Below are positions 60,798 to 64,000 of a stretch of 64,000 nucleotides of DNA, piece by piece; the first letter of the stretch is position 1; every line of letters starts with the position of its first letter. The stretch covers positions 8,308,001 to 8,372,000 of the forward strand of contig NC_047078.1 of the NCBI RefSeq assembly GCF_902459465.1, in the 5' to 3' direction. This DNA is from Asterias rubens. Its lineage: Eukaryota. The notes below the pieces were generated by a model. That model saw only the letters and a program-made list of their open reading frames with translations. It did no database searches and was not told the DNA's origin. The translations under genes and the position numbers were made by a program.

Positions 60798-61884
60798 TTT
60801 AAGATGAAAATGAATCAACCTCATGATTTCACCCACATGTTTACTATTGATTTATTTATAAAAACTTCTCACAGAGGACATTGTTTGCGAAAACACTGAC
60901 TATTTTTCTCAAGAGACCATGGCTGCAACTAACTTGTACTTTGTCCACGCTGCGTCCCCCATACTCCCCCATCAATTAACCTGTTTTTTGCACCTTAATC
61001 AGGACATTTGGTGGCAATTTTAACTGAAACAATTCAAGTGTTGCATCGAGCCATGTAGAAACCACCACTTGAATGCATAAGAGACGTGAAAAGGCACGCT
61101 GAAGTATGCTGTGAATCTATGCATGTCTCGGAAGTTTGAACAATGTTGTGAATGATGTTGTTAAGTCCAGGGAGTTTTTCATAGAGCTGCTTAAAAGCAC
61201 AAAAAGTAGCTAAGGACAACAAAATTATGCTAACCAGAATAAGTATACCAACCGAAATACCATCTGACATGTACTATCTGTGTCTGGTAACCTGTTAATC
61301 TTTGCTAAGCAGACATTTTAAAACAGCTTTTCTGCTCAAACAGCTAGCTTTATTTGGCCCTATTTAATTGAACTGCTTTTACGTATTTAAGAAGATAAGC
61401 ACAACAAAATGTTGCTTGCAGCCAAAATGTCATTTTCCATGCACCGTGTGTGACTGGTATCCTGCTAACTGTCACTTAGCAGAAACCTATTAAGCAATTT
61501 ATTCTGCTTAAGCAGCTCTGTGTAATTGAGCCCAGATACATTGAGCAGACGTCGCTTCTAATCAAATATGCAAGTTGCTATCAAAGGACATTTTGTACAT
61601 AATATTTCCTCAGTTTTTGTTTGTTTGTTTGTTCTTCTTCTTTTTTTTTTTTTTGGGGGGGGGGTAGCACCACAGAATGTCTGCCACACTGCATAAGGGG
61701 TAATGTGCCTATGTGGTCCCGATGGTATAAAGAACTAGATTGAAAAGCTAAGTTAACCATCACAACTAAAAAGATCAAAAAGAATTTTCGGTTTAACAGC
61801 ACGATTTGACTGGGTAAATAAAACGACTTAAATGTATGTGAGATCCATCTCTTCAACCAAGTGGCAAACGTGCACAATGTAAAC

Positions 61885-62261
61885 TTAAAGACACTGGATA
61901 CTATTAGTAATTGTCCAGTCTTCTCATTGGTGTATCTCAACATGTGCATAAAATAACAAACCTGTGACAATTTGCGCTCAATTGGTCGCCGAAGTTGCGA
62001 GATAATAATGGAAGTAAAAACACCGTGTCACACGAAGTTGTGTGCAGTTAGATGGTTGGTTTCGAGTCCTCAATTTCTAAATCTGAGGTACCGTAATTAA
62101 ATTCATGGAAAATTACTTCTTTCTCGAAAACTGCGTCACTTTAGAGGGAGCGTTTCCCACAATGTTGTATACTATCAACCTCTCCCCGTTACTCGTTACC
62201 AAGTGAGGTTTTATGCTGATAATTATTTTGAGTAATTACCAATAGTGTTCACTGCCTTTTA
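61885..62261. mobile_element. Full-length family A MITE
   Basis: TTAA|AGACACTGGATACTATTAG ... CCAATAGTGTTCACTGCCT|TTTA. Confidence 0.85.
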
Positions 62262-64000
62262 GAGGAATACAATGGTTGTTTGCAAATGTTCCGTCAGGCT
62301 GCTGCACTCTGTACGAACCAAGGAACCTATACTCTGTCTGGAGTTACTAATTGCAGTTTGAAACTAAAAACAAGAATTAGCAATTATTTCAGACTGCTTC
62401 GCAGACTACATGACGCATACAGAGTGAATGTTAAATGGTACAGTAAGTGGGGTAAAGTGCGCAACATTAGTGCGTTTTGCATTAAAAACAAGCAGAGAGG
62501 GTTGTTACGTGCCAAATTGGGTCGTTTTGTACATTATGGAAAGAGGGAGCGAGGTTGTTGTGCACCGGCAACGTTTCCAGAGTGATGACAAGTATTGAAT
62601 GTCATGTACTAATGGCCGATTAAAGGAATACCAGTCCACAGATCTCCATACTAAAGATCATCTCTAGACGGTATTTCTTATCAAAATTTTTTTTTTTACT
62701 CTTCCCGAACTCAGGGGTATAAATCACTTCTTAATAATTACAAAGGTGTTTCAAACGAACAAAATAGACTGCTCATACAAGTTTTAGCCTATCATATATG
62801 GACAATTTAGATTCCTATAAGATACAATAAGGCACGGCTTATACTTCCTGCGAATGTGGTACGAACTTTGACGTCACAAATAGCCTTGAATGATTCACAT
62901 CAATTGACTTGTGCTCAATTCCTGCGAAACATTCTGCTGCAAAAACGGGGCTGTAACGTCAAAACTCGTATCACATTATGCAGGAAGTATGAATCGAGCT
63001 TTATGTTTTCAGATAGCACTAATTTTGAACTGTTTAAGGAAGTCATATCCTTAATGATTTTCTTTAAGACGCTATTTCAATGCAGTGTACTGCCTATAGG
63101 CAAGTGCCATCATAATGGACGAATTCAACTCTTATAAATGACACTGTCTTATGTTTTCAGAAACAACTCTTGAACTGTCTTTCACTTGTAATTTGGTCTG
63201 TACTACTTCCTTCTCGATGATTTTCTTAAAGACGCCACTCCAAGGCACTCGATCATGCTCAATCAGCATCAGTCAAAGCCTTGCTGCATGTTCAACAGGC
63301 ATCATCATTCCTCCGAGACATGCATCTCCCCCATCCTCTCTGCCACCCGTGCATCTTATCCAGAAGGAAGACTGATTGTACAGTCCAAGATCTCCAATTT
63401 ATAAGATGTTTGAAGACCGTGGTAAATAGCGCCCTGGGGCGGCACACGGCGAGGGATAGATCATGCCGTAATTGAATCAAACTCTTAACGCCCCTATAAT
63501 GGGGCGAAATGGCATGCCCGTCTCTACTGCAATTTACACGGTTGGTTGGACGGTGTAGACACGCTCTTGACGAATGAGTACGGGGATAGTTAGAGGCGTT
63601 TCTAGGCAAACAGGCCTGAGGGAGAGTGCTCATTGGTTAAACCCACACGTTTGACGTTTCGCGTCGATGTTGTAAGTCAGAAACTAGCTATATACAAGCC
63701 GTACACATATCCATTCAATGGCACACCGCATACAGCTTGAAAAACAAAACAAAAAAACGGAACTCAACAACCAGGGCCCAATTTTATAAGAGCTGCTAAG
63801 CACAAAAATTTGCTTAGCATGAAATTTCTTCCTTGATAAAAACAGGATTACCAACCAAAGTTACACGTGATTTTCAGGGTATGCAAGCAAAAGCTGAATA
63901 CCAGTAACAAGCAATATGCAACACATGGAAATTTTGCTGTTAATCCTGTTTTTATCAAGGAAGAAATTTCATGCTAAGCAAATTGTTGTGCTTAGCAGCT

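Noticed and set aside
60800-64000. Possible upstream GPCR exons (TM3-TM4) or an L2 fragment near 63150-63420
   Set aside because: No DRY-like or TM4 Trp-containing frame with splice sites was found; L2 similarity is too weak to call.

Overview
AT-rich, intron-rich animal DNA. The gene content and repeats fit an invertebrate deuterostome, probably an echinoderm such as a sea star; that assignment is inference. Five spliced protein-coding genes can be assembled with phase-consistent GT-AG junctions. (1) An IgSF9/Turtle-type adhesion receptor (- strand; signal peptide, 5 Ig domains and the start of FN3, running off the left edge; 17.5-kb first intron). (2) A complete cytosolic sulfotransferase (-). 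(3) Mitochondrial ribosomal protein L17 (+), head-to-head with the sulfotransferase, ATGs about 350 bp apart. (4) The 3' half (TM5 to C-terminus) of an orexin/allatotropin-type GPCR (-). (5) A complete juvenile hormone acid O-methyltransferase (JHAMT)-like gene (+), nested antisense in an intron of that GPCR. The rest is non-autonomous DNA transposons (TTAA/Kolobok-like, P-like, one complete Helitron, a 2-kb long-TIR element with a 9-bp TSD), tRNA-derived SINEs, LINE 3' fragments, Penelope-like ends with degenerate hammerhead motifs, mini/microsatellites and a 137-N gap. The most intriguing observation is the JHAMT-like gene inside an allatotropin/orexin receptor, because these two families are functionally linked in insect juvenile hormone synthesis. 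All coordinates were read by hand and no database searches were run.
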